Shown here: in pieces, positions 19,057 to 26,985 of the stretch
Layout: every line of letters begins with the position of its first letter
Numbering within the stretch: position 1 is the stretch's first letter
DNA from: an uncultured Actinomycetes bacterium
GTDB taxonomy: Bacteria > Actinomycetota > Thermoleophilia > Gaiellales > JAICJC01
Reading direction: 5' to 3'
Assembly (NCBI GenBank): GCA_963809205.1
Contig: CAWEIS010000002.1
Location: forward strand, 50,110 to 114,109
DNA: 64,000 bases
Program-made: the position numbers and the translations under genes
Notes under the pieces: generated by a model
Told to the model about the DNA's origin: nothing
The model's database searches: none
The model's input: the letters and a program-made list of their open reading frames with translations, nothing else

Positions 19057-19350
19057 GCGTCGGCGTGCGCAGTCGACCGAATCCCCTACCACGCGCGCAT
19101 GCATACGGCCGCCCACACGAGGGTGAAGGGCGCCTTACGCGACGCCAGGCCCAGAGCGGGGTGTGGGGGTGCGGGTCGCCGAGGACGTCCGCTCCTCGCG
19201 CGTGCGCGCGCATGCATAGGGCCGCCCACACGAGGCGAACCTAGTCGCCCAGTTGCGGGAAATCCGCGACGACCGGGTCGGGGGGTGCGGATGCGCCGGG
19301 ATGTGCTCGACTCGCGCGCAACGCACAGGGCCGCTCAGACGAGGCGAATC
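19057..19350 (+). repeat. GC-rich intergenic repeat, locus E (1 5'-truncated copy + 2 full copies)
   Basis: Units at about 19057-19130 (3' two-thirds only, type I), 19131-19241 and 19242-19350 (type II). Confidence 0.85.
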
Positions 19351-19358
19351 CTGGCGCC

Positions 19359-20541
19359 TCATGGCGGGTCGTGCGTCTCGTCGATCACCGGTGCGTGGGC
19401 AAGGTAGTGGCCGAGGTGGCGGGCTGCGATCTTTCCTCCTGGCCACCAGAGCGGCTCGGTGCTGGTGGTGGCTGTGCGGCCGTGTCCGCCGCTGAGGTCG
19501 GCAAACAGGTAGCGCGGGGTATCGCCTGTGAGTAGGAGTCCCTGGAGCACTGGGCGAAGCGGGGGTGGGTCATCCAGTGGAGCGCCGGCGCGCTTGGCGA
19601 GGACTTGCGCGACGAGGTCAGCTTGTTGGGCGGCGATGCCGCCTTGTTTGATCGGGAAGGTCGTGATGTCGCCGATCGCGTAGACGTCGTCCAGGCCGCG
19701 GACTCGGCCCTGCTCGTCAGTGGGGAGGAAGCCTTCTTGGTCGTGGGGCAGCCCGGGGATGGGGATCCCGCGGGCCTCCGGGACAGAGACGACCTGGTCG
19801 GCAGGCAGCTTCCCCAGCGGCACCAAGACGAGGCCGCCTTGATAGACGCCGACGGGGTAGGTGCCGGTGCGGAGCGCGATGTGACGATCGGCGAGTAGCT
19901 GCTCGACCGCGGTGCTGACATCGCCGCCAAAGCGGCTCAGCGGTCGCATCTCCGGGGTCACCAGGTCGAGCGAGACGCCGTCGATTCGATGCTCTGCGAC
20001 GTATGTCGCGGTCAACAAGGCCAGCTCGTAAAGCGGGAGTTGCCACGAAGCTGCTCGTGGGATGGCGAAGATGACGCGCTTGACGACGCCGGAGCTGATG
20101 TCCAGCAGCAGCGATTGGATGGCTTTCACGTCTTCCTCGCCTCGGAAGACCAATGCCCCTTTGAGCGCCCCCACACGACGAGCCCCACAAGCGATCACCA
20201 CGGCGTCGTACGTCGAGCTCGTCACCGGCATCGGTGACACCACGATGCTCGACCGCGTCAACGCGCTCCAGCGACGCCGAGACCAGACGAGCGCCAGCCG
20301 CCTCCGCGATATCTGACAACGCGAAGCGGACAACCTCGCCTCGACCAAACGGCACCGCCACCGAGGCCGGCCGATAGCGAAACTCCGACCCCGGACACAA
20401 CAGCGTGAGCACGACTCGCTCCTCCGCCAGATCACGCAGCGCCAAGAGCACCTCCAACGCTCCCACGCCACCACCAACGATCAACACGCGGAATCGTCCG
20501 CGATCATCGGACGCGGCGCGATCTTCGGGTGTGTTAGCCAT
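19359..20541 (-). pseudogene. FAD-dependent pyridine nucleotide-disulfide oxidoreductase (sulfide:quinone oxidoreductase / NDH-2-like), frameshifted
   Basis: The N-terminal Rossmann part RVLIVGGGVGALEVLLAL..VDAVEHRGVTDAGDELD is in the frame of ORF 19717..20688. The rest (YDAVVIACGAR..VYAIGDITTFPIKQGGIAAQQA..) is in the frame of ORF 19359..20477. The two frames meet at a single extra nucleotide near 20211. Confidence 0.7.
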
Positions 20542-20887
20542 GTTGTCCAGCCAAGTGCGGCTCATCGGTTCGCCACGACGCCCTCGCTGCCGACCCCCAC
20601 AACGGGAAAACGACCAGCAGCGCCCTCCGAACCTCCCGACCTGGCGACGCCCCCAATCGCACATCCACCCGCCCTGTACCCGAAGCATCCTCCATTACCT
20701 CACCATGCTACGCCTCCACAGCGGGAACGACGTCCGAGACCATCCTGATCCGTCCACCCGTAGAAACCCACCAACTCCTCCGCTGGGCTCCCCTCCCTCG
20801 GCCGACCTGCCCGCCCCAGACCGCGTTGCCATTGCTGATCGTCTGCACTGCGCGACCCGAGGGCGCGCGCGAACTTCCCTCAGGTTG

Positions 20888-21160
20888 CTAGTCCGCCAGC
20901 CGTTGGTGGACTAGTAGAACGGCCATCGAGCCCTCGCCAACCGCTGACACGACGCGCTTGATCGAGCCAGATCGGACGTCGCCAGCGGCGAACACCCCGG
21001 GACGGATGGTCTCAAGGACCTGAGGCCGCTCCGCGCCGCCCCACTCCGTCAGATCTTCGCCCTGTAGGTAGGGGCCGGTTAGCAGGAAGCCTGCGCTGTC
21101 GGTCGCCAGCTGTCCTTCGAGCCAGTCTGTGTGCGGGACTCCTACTGGATGCCGCTCTGG
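20888..21160 (-). pseudogene. C-terminal fragment of a thioredoxin-reductase-like FAD oxidoreductase
   Basis: Encodes ..GVPHTDWLEGQLATDSAGFLLTG..LETIRPGVFAAGDVRSGSIKRVVSAVGEGSMAVLLVHQRLAD-stop, which is only the last ~85 aa of such enzymes. The 5' side is replaced by repeat copy F. Confidence 0.6.
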
Positions 21161-21242
21161 GTACTGGGATGTGGGGGTGCGGCTCTCGCCAGCCCGATGT
21201 CCTCGCGCGCACGCATGGCGCCGGTCAGACGAGGCGAATGAT
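21161..21242 (+). repeat. GC-rich intergenic repeat, locus F (1 copy, 5' end degenerate)
   Basis: ctgggatgtgggggtgcggctctcgccagcccgatgtcctcgcgcgcacgcatggcgccggtcagacgaggcgaatga. Confidence 0.75.
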
Positions 21243-21448
21243 ACGGGACCGCTGGCGGCGGTGACCACGGCGACGCTCGGGATCCCTACGGGGCGTGCCG
21301 AGCCGAGCGAAGGACGCCGAGCTAGACGGACCCCAAATCAAGTGTTGTAATCTCCACCGGCTGGCCGTCGTGATCCGCGTCGTCGCCTTGGCGGGATCCC
21401 GTTCCCATCCGAGGGCCTAGGCTGCGCGGTCTTCTCGTGCCTCGTCGG

Positions 21449-22222
21449 TCAGCTGAGCGAGTTGATGTAGGCGATCAGCTGCTGGATCTGTTGGTCGTTG
21501 AGGATCCCGCCCCAGTGGGGCATGCTGACGATCGGGGGCTCACCCAGCACGCTGCCGCTGCGGATCACGTCGGCCATTGCCTGGCTGTCGAACTCCTTGT
21601 GGAAGCCGGCGCCGACTAGGGCCGGGATGGTGCCGTCGGGAGACGCTGGATTGGGCACGCCGCCAAGCGCGTTGGGGCCATGGCAGTTCACGCACCCGTA
21701 CCCGTCGTACAGCGCCATGCCGGCGACGACGTCGCCCTGGTTCGTCGGCACCTCCGTGGGAGTGGCGCCGGAGACCTGCGGGAAGCCGGCTTTGATGTAG
21801 GCCACGAGGGCATCGATCTGGTTCTTGGAGATGACGCCCTTCCAGACCGGCATGTACGGCTTGGTCGGGTTGGACGAGACCCCCGCCCCGTGCTCGATGA
21901 TCGACGTCAGCTGCTGCGATGTCAGCGTCGAGGCGACCGACTGAAGGTCGGGGACGTCCGGTGACACCCCGCCGGCACCCTGCGGGCCATGGCACTGCCC
22001 ACACGAAAACTGGACGAACGCGTGGGCTCCGACGGCGACCTGCGGGTCGACCGCCGCGGGCGCCGAAGTGGCCGTCGTGGCCGACGCGGCCGTCGCCGGC
22101 GCGTTCCCGCGACCCGCCCAGTACGCGGTCAGCGCCACCACCACGATCACCAGTCCAATGGCGCCGATCGCGATCAGCACATCACCGGTTCCGCCGCCCC
22201 TGCCCGACCGCTCTTCGTGCAT
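21449..22222 (-). CDS. membrane-anchored dihaem cytochrome c
   Basis: Two CxxCH haem-binding motifs (CGQCHG, CVNCHG). N-terminal TM segment VLIAIGAIGLVIVVVALTAYWA. I chose the ATG at 22222 (MHEERSG..) as start. Confidence 0.8.
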   Translation of the reverse strand: MHEERSGRGGGTGDVLIAIGAIGLVIVVVALTAYWAGRGNAPATAASATTATSAPAAVDPQVAVGAHAFVQFSCGQCHGPQGAGGVSPDVPDLQSVASTLTSQQLTSIIEHGAGVSSNPTKPYMPVWKGVISKNQIDALVAYIKAGFPQVSGATPTEVPTNQGDVVAGMALYDGYGCVNCHGPNALGGVPNPASPDGTIPALVGAGFHKEFDSQAMADVIRSGSVLGEPPIVSMPHWGGILNDQQIQQLIAYINSLS

Positions 22223-22603
22223 AACGACACTATCGTACCTGACGGTTTCGGCGCGGGAAGAAGCCCACACCTCGGAACTCGGCGTTCTCGCCGAACGGGG
22301 TCGTGCAGGCGATCCCGCCGCAGTCCGGGGTTGGCTCGCGGGTGGTAATCCGGTTGCGATCGCCTGAGTGGGCGGTGGTTCGGGCGGCGCCGCGCAACGA
22401 GTGCCAGTGTGGCGGTGGCGTAGTCGTTGCCATGGTCGGTGACGATGTGGACGTGCAGCGTCGGCGCCTCGAGCTTCGTCCGCATACCGGGAGGGTGTTA
22501 TCGCGCGACTCGCGTCGTTCGTGTGTGGACGTCGTCACGATCACGCCGCCCTCCGCAACCGTCACCTGGAACCATCATCCCAGCCCGCCGGTCTCAGGAC
22601 TGG

Positions 22604-22981
22604 ATGAGATACTTGCTCTGCCTCTGGGTGATGGTGGTGGTCACGGTCGGCTGCGGCTCATCCCAGTCTTCGGAGCGCTCAGGCTCCCTGTTGGTCATGG
22701 TCACTGCGGGCCCGACTTGCCCGGTGGCCCGGGTCGATCAGCCGGCCTGCACCCCTCGACCGGTGAAACGAGCGCAGCTTCGACTCGAAGGGCCAGCCAG
22801 CCTGACCCTCGTCACCGATAACGCAGGCATCGCGCGTGGCGATGGGATCATCGTCGGCAGCTACCGCCTGGCGGCCCAGCCGGTCGACGGGGTGATGGGT
22901 ACGCCGCCACCGATGCGGGCTGTGATTCGCCAGGACGAGACGACGACCGTGTCCGTCAGCTACGACACGGGGATCCGCTAG
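22604..22981 (+). CDS. small lipoprotein, hypothetical
   Basis: ATG at 22604 gives MRYLLCLWVMVVVTVGCGSS, a signal peptide with a lipobox Cys. The remainder is beta-rich, possibly a carboxypeptidase-regulatory-like fold. The upstream part of ORF 22427..22981 looks non-coding. Confidence 0.55.
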   Translation: MRYLLCLWVMVVVTVGCGSSQSSERSGSLLVMVTAGPTCPVARVDQPACTPRPVKRAQLRLEGPASLTLVTDNAGIARGDGIIVGSYRLAAQPVDGVMGTPPPMRAVIRQDETTTVSVSYDTGIR

Positions 22982-23070
22982 CCACACTCAAGGCTCCACC
23001 GACGACTCCGTCGCCTCTCCCGGATGGTGCTGGAGCAACCCGCTTGCTAGCCGGTGCTACGGGAGTCGGT

Positions 23071-23297
23071 CCCCGTACACCATCCCGGCTCCTGTAGCGG
23101 GGGTCGGGGTGCGGATGCGCCGGGAACGTGCTCGTCTCGCGCGCACGCGCACGCATGCATAGGACGGCTCACACGAGCGTAACGAGTCCCATCCCCCGTC
23201 TCGGCTCCTGTAGCCGGGGGTGGGGGTGCGGGCCTGGCACCGTCCACCCGATCCCTTCCACGCGCGCGTGCATAGGGCCGCCCACACGAGGCGAAGG
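23071..23297 (+). repeat. GC-rich intergenic repeat, locus G (2 head-to-tail copies, type II then type I)
   Basis: Units at about 23071-23185 and 23186-23297. The first contains a 24-nt perfectly alternating purine-pyrimidine run at 23138-23161. Confidence 0.9.
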
Positions 23298-23351
23298 ATC
23301 GTCGTCCGGCCAGAAGTTGCCACCTGCACCCTCGTCGCTGCTAGCCCGGAT

Positions 23352-26300
23352 CTACCTCAACTGCGCCGCTCGCCAACGCGTAAGCTCGGTGGAAGCGCGC
23401 AGCTCGAGCGCCTTCGCCTCCTGACGTCGCGCCACCTCAAGGGCTAGACCAAACGCCGCCTCGATGTCGGCCGCTCCGGCGCCCGACGCGGCGAGCAGCT
23501 CGCCGCGGAGGCGTAGCAGCTCCGACTCCAGATAACGGGCGCCTGTGCGTCGCGTCATGTCGAGGGCGTTCTCCATCGCCTCGAGGCCCTGCCTTGGCTC
23601 GCCCACGAGGAGGCACGCTCGGGCAAGCAGAGAGAGGAAGTATGTGTTCAGGAGTGTCTGTTGAGTTTCGTCGAGCCTCGTGATCTCCGCCTTCATAGAG
23701 TTGATCGCATCGCGATCTCCATGGCGAGCGAGAGACCAGTGTCGAAGAAGTGCCGCCCAGATCCGCATCACGTGGAACGGCTGCTCGTCCGTCGCGAGGG
23801 CCTCGGTCGCCTCGACCAGCTCGGCTCGCGAGGATTCGTCGCCAAGATCTTGACTCACGATCGCGCCGTAGAGGCTCGCGTAGCATCTGCTGAACGGATG
23901 ATCCAGCTCGTCGGCCAGGGAAAGAGCGGAGTCACGCGCCTCGGCCGCCCGGTCGGGATAGCCGAGAAACCAGAGCGTCCACGCCAGTCGACTGAGGCAC
24001 ACCACTTTCGGGTCTTGGGAGTAGAGGGTGGTGTGCGTTTCATGTCGCTCGGACGAGTACCGTTCGATCGCATTCTCCAGGTGGCAGCGAGACTGTAAGA
24101 GTTCGCCCTCCCAGAACGAGGTTACGCCCAGGACGTATTCACCCTCGACCATGAGGATTGGATCTTTGTCGCGCTCCCCTGCGGCGAGCAACGCGATCCC
24201 GTCCTCCCTCGCGTCGTCGAGCTCAAGTCGCAGGAGGGAGTTCAGTGCCAGCCCCCGAAGGATGGGTGGGCTGACGGCTCGTCCGAGCTTGGCACAGAGA
24301 TCTCGAGCTTTGGAGTAGTCGGGGGAGCCCCAACCACGCGCGGCACCGAGCATGATCGTAAGCTCGAGTTCCTCCTCGTCGCGGCTAGGACCCTCGGGCG
24401 CCTGTCCTAGGAGGTTGAGCGCGTGGGTGAGCGCCTCGGCGGCCTCGTCGTTCGCGAACACCCGGAGGGCGAGCTCGGCTCCGCGCCGATAGTAAGAAAT
24501 GGCCCGCGCCGGGACGCCGGCCTCGAGCCAATGCCCCGCTAGAGCCAGTATGTGCTCCGGCGTTTCCTCTGCGTGGCCCTCGAGTGCCTCGGCCGCCGCT
24601 CGATGCAGGCGCCTGCGCTCGTCCGCGAGGATGGTGGAATAGATCGCCCCCTGGATCAGCACGTGCTTGAATCGATACTGAGGCTGGGGCCAGCGCCGGT
24701 CCGCGACGACGAAGCCGAGCCGCTGGAGCTCGTGAAGCGTTTCTGGCAGGGTGAGCTCCGCGGCTACGAGCTTCGCAAGTAGCGCGAGGTCGAACTGGCG
24801 GCCGATCACTGAGGCGGCCGCCAGCACTGCGCGGCAATCCGATGGCAGACGGTCAGCACGCGCCAGGATCACCTTGCCAACTGTCTCGGGGATGACGATC
24901 GGGACCGCATGGTCGAGGCGCCAACCCCTCCCATCTTCTTCGACCAGCGCCCCGGCATCAACGAGGGAGCGCACGAGCTCCTCGAGGTAGAGGGGATTGC
25001 CGTCTGCGGCCTCCAGCACCCGGCCCTCGAGCTCCTTGGTCAATGTTCCGGCGCCGATCAGCTCGTTCAGGAGGGTGCGTTCGGCGTCGGCCGGGAGTGG
25101 TTCGAGGGCGATCTCACGGATGAGGTGCGGGAATTCGCGCGCCGCGTCCTCCTTGAGCGCCCATGCTGCATGGTCACGATCGTCACGTTGGGTGATCACG
25201 AGCAGCACTGCAGTTCGCTCGATGACCGGCAGGAGGGATCTCGCGAGCTGGGTCGACGTGACGTCGGCCCAGTGCAGGTCCTCGAGAGCGACGACGAGTG
25301 GTCTGTCCTGCGCCATCCGCTCGAGCAGCTCTCCGACGGCGGCGAACGTGCGGTGTTGCAGCTCCTCGGCGGTAAGCGCGGGGTCGTCTTCTGTGGCGAC
25401 GCCGAGCAGCGACGCAAGATAGGGGTAGACCACCACGGGGGACCCGCCGAAAAGTTGGTCGACACCTCGCCGGAGTGAGATCCGGACTCGGAGTTCCGGG
25501 TCATCCTCATTCACGCCGAGCCAGCCGCGGAGGAGATCTCGGAATGGGAAGTACGGCAGCGTCTCGCCGTAGGAGAGGCATTGCCCCTCGAGCCAAAGGA
25601 GGGGCTGCGACCCGCCGCCGGCTTCGGTCTCCTCCTGCGAGTCGGCGAGGAGGCGGCTCTTCCCAACGCCAGCTTCGCCGGTGATCAGCACAACACTTCC
25701 GGTCCCGTTGCGTACATCCCGGAGCGCCTGACGCATGGTCGAGATCTCCTGCTCTCGCCCGACGATGGCCGTCTGGACACCGGCAAAGCCGCGTACCCGC
25801 GACCTCATCGGCAGCGCGGCGCGCAAGGAGACGGCGCGCACCGTCGCGACCTTCCCTTTCACGTCGAGGTCTCGGGGCTCACTCCAAACGAAGAGCGGCT
25901 CGATCAGCCGTTGCGTGTGGGTATCGACGAGCACTGTGCCGGGCTGGGCGGAAGATTGCAGGCGCGCAGCCGTGTTGACCGTGTCGCCGAAGGCTGCGTA
26001 TTCGACGCGCTGCCCCGACCCGATCGGGCCGAGCGCCACCGGCCCGGTGCTGATGCCGACGCGTACGCGTAGATCATCCACGCCCCACCCGCGCGCGACC
26101 TCCGAGCTGTATTCGGCGATCGCCTCCAAGATATTCAACGCGGCGCGTGCCGCGCGCTCGACGTCGTCCTCGTATGACGTTGGGGCGCCGAAGAAGGCCA
26201 GCACTCCGTCGCCGGCGAGATCCTTCACGTAGCCGCCGAGGCGCTCGACTTCAACCGCGATGCGGCCGACCGCCTCCCCAACGACCAGCCGAACCTCGTC

Positions 26301-26408
26301 CTCGTGGAGACTCTCACCGAGCGCGGTCGATCCGGCAAGGTCGGCGAACAGCACTGTGATGATCCTGTACTCCTCGCGCACCTGGTTCAAGCCCCCGCGC
26401 TGTGTCAC
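23352..26408 (-). CDS. class III cyclase (CHD) - P-loop STAND-type ATPase - TPR-like repeat signalling protein
   Basis: 1018 aa. Cyclase core ITVLFADLAGSTALGE..GDGVLAFFG. Walker A GEAGVGKSRL. The C-terminal third is TPR-like repeats. Confidence 0.85.
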   Translation of the reverse strand: MTQRGGLNQVREEYRIITVLFADLAGSTALGESLHEDEVRLVVGEAVGRIAVEVERLGGYVKDLAGDGVLAFFGAPTSYEDDVERAARAALNILEAIAEYSSEVARGWGVDDLRVRVGISTGPVALGPIGSGQRVEYAAFGDTVNTAARLQSSAQPGTVLVDTHTQRLIEPLFVWSEPRDLDVKGKVATVRAVSLRAALPMRSRVRGFAGVQTAIVGREQEISTMRQALRDVRNGTGSVVLITGEAGVGKSRLLADSQEETEAGGGSQPLLWLEGQCLSYGETLPYFPFRDLLRGWLGVNEDDPELRVRISLRRGVDQLFGGSPVVVYPYLASLLGVATEDDPALTAEELQHRTFAAVGELLERMAQDRPLVVALEDLHWADVTSTQLARSLLPVIERTAVLLVITQRDDRDHAAWALKEDAAREFPHLIREIALEPLPADAERTLLNELIGAGTLTKELEGRVLEAADGNPLYLEELVRSLVDAGALVEEDGRGWRLDHAVPIVIPETVGKVILARADRLPSDCRAVLAAASVIGRQFDLALLAKLVAAELTLPETLHELQRLGFVVADRRWPQPQYRFKHVLIQGAIYSTILADERRRLHRAAAEALEGHAEETPEHILALAGHWLEAGVPARAISYYRRGAELALRVFANDEAAEALTHALNLLGQAPEGPSRDEEELELTIMLGAARGWGSPDYSKARDLCAKLGRAVSPPILRGLALNSLLRLELDDAREDGIALLAAGERDKDPILMVEGEYVLGVTSFWEGELLQSRCHLENAIERYSSERHETHTTLYSQDPKVVCLSRLAWTLWFLGYPDRAAEARDSALSLADELDHPFSRCYASLYGAIVSQDLGDESSRAELVEATEALATDEQPFHVMRIWAALLRHWSLARHGDRDAINSMKAEITRLDETQQTLLNTYFLSLLARACLLVGEPRQGLEAMENALDMTRRTGARYLESELLRLRGELLAASGAGAADIEAAFGLALEVARRQEAKALELRASTELTRWRAAQLR

Positions 26409-26532
26409 GGCGCCGTGTGTCCGACTGTAACAGGCGCAACGATCCGGGGTGCCTCGTGTTCAAGACCGTCGCTCGGGCGCAGCGGCTTCCCACGAGCGGC
26501 AGCGATGTACAACCGCCATCCCGCCATGGAGC

Positions 26533-26790
26533 TTAGGATCCCGGTCTGTGTATGACCCCGATCCGGTACTGGTCCGAGAACAGCACGAACGTCAGCGTCG
26601 CTTCGGCCACCCAGCGGACGGATTCACTCCAGATCGTCGGGTCGAGCCACCCAAGACCATCCGTGCTCGCAACGATGCCGCCGGCGACAAACACGATCGC
26701 GGGAGTGATCGCAGCTCCCAAGAGGCGTCGCGAGACCGCCGCGTAGGCGAGGACGAGCACGCGATCGCGACGAGACCCCGAGCCGCCCAA
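26533..26790 (-). pseudogene. N-terminal fragment of a cation:proton antiporter-like membrane protein
   Basis: 85 aa (..RRLLGAAITPAIVFVAGGIVASTDGLGWLD..VAEATLTFVLFSD..) resembling the first two TM helices of Na+/H+ exchanger-family proteins, then a stop. The next gene starts 125 nt further on. Confidence 0.45.
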
Positions 26791-26821
26791 CGTTTCACGC
26801 TCCTCCGGAGCGGCGCCTCCT

Positions 26822-26985
26822 CACCATACCCAGCCTCGGCTCCCGTAACGGGGGGTCGGGGTGCGGCTCTCCGCCAGCCTGACGTCCCCGCGCGCACGCG
26901 CGCACGCATGGGGCCGCTCGGACGAGGCGAAGGGCAGCCGACCTCCCCATCCCCCGCTTCGGCTCCTGGAGCGGGGCCGCGGCCC
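26822..26985 (+). repeat. GC-rich intergenic repeat, locus H (1 full copy + 5' hairpin half of a second)
   Basis: Full unit at about 26822-26933, then ctccccatcccccgcttcggctcctggagcgggg at about 26943-26975 without the 3' half. Confidence 0.85.

Noticed and set aside
17424-19350. Tandem arrays of the ~110-nt unit as a CRISPR array
   Set aside because: - The units are about 105-115 nt and directly head-to-tail, with no unique spacers of regular length.
- Copies diverge by 10-20 percent.
- No cas genes are in the window.
- Single copies are scattered at other loci.
343-26408. Cyclase-domain proteins as a Pycsar-like or other cyclic-nucleotide antiphage defence system
   Set aside because: - Pycsar-type systems pair a compact cyclase with an adjacent cNMP-binding effector.
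- Here the cyclases are embedded in large signalling proteins.
- No intact adjacent cNMP-binding effector is present.
- The architectures match known actinobacterial signalling cyclases.

Nucleotide specificity cannot be judged by eye.
5483-26985. Repeat copies as template/variable repeats of a diversity-generating retroelement
   Set aside because: - No reverse transcriptase gene is in the window.
- All copies are intergenic rather than at the 3' end of a target gene.
- Differences between copies are not confined to adenine positions (many C/T and G/C differences).
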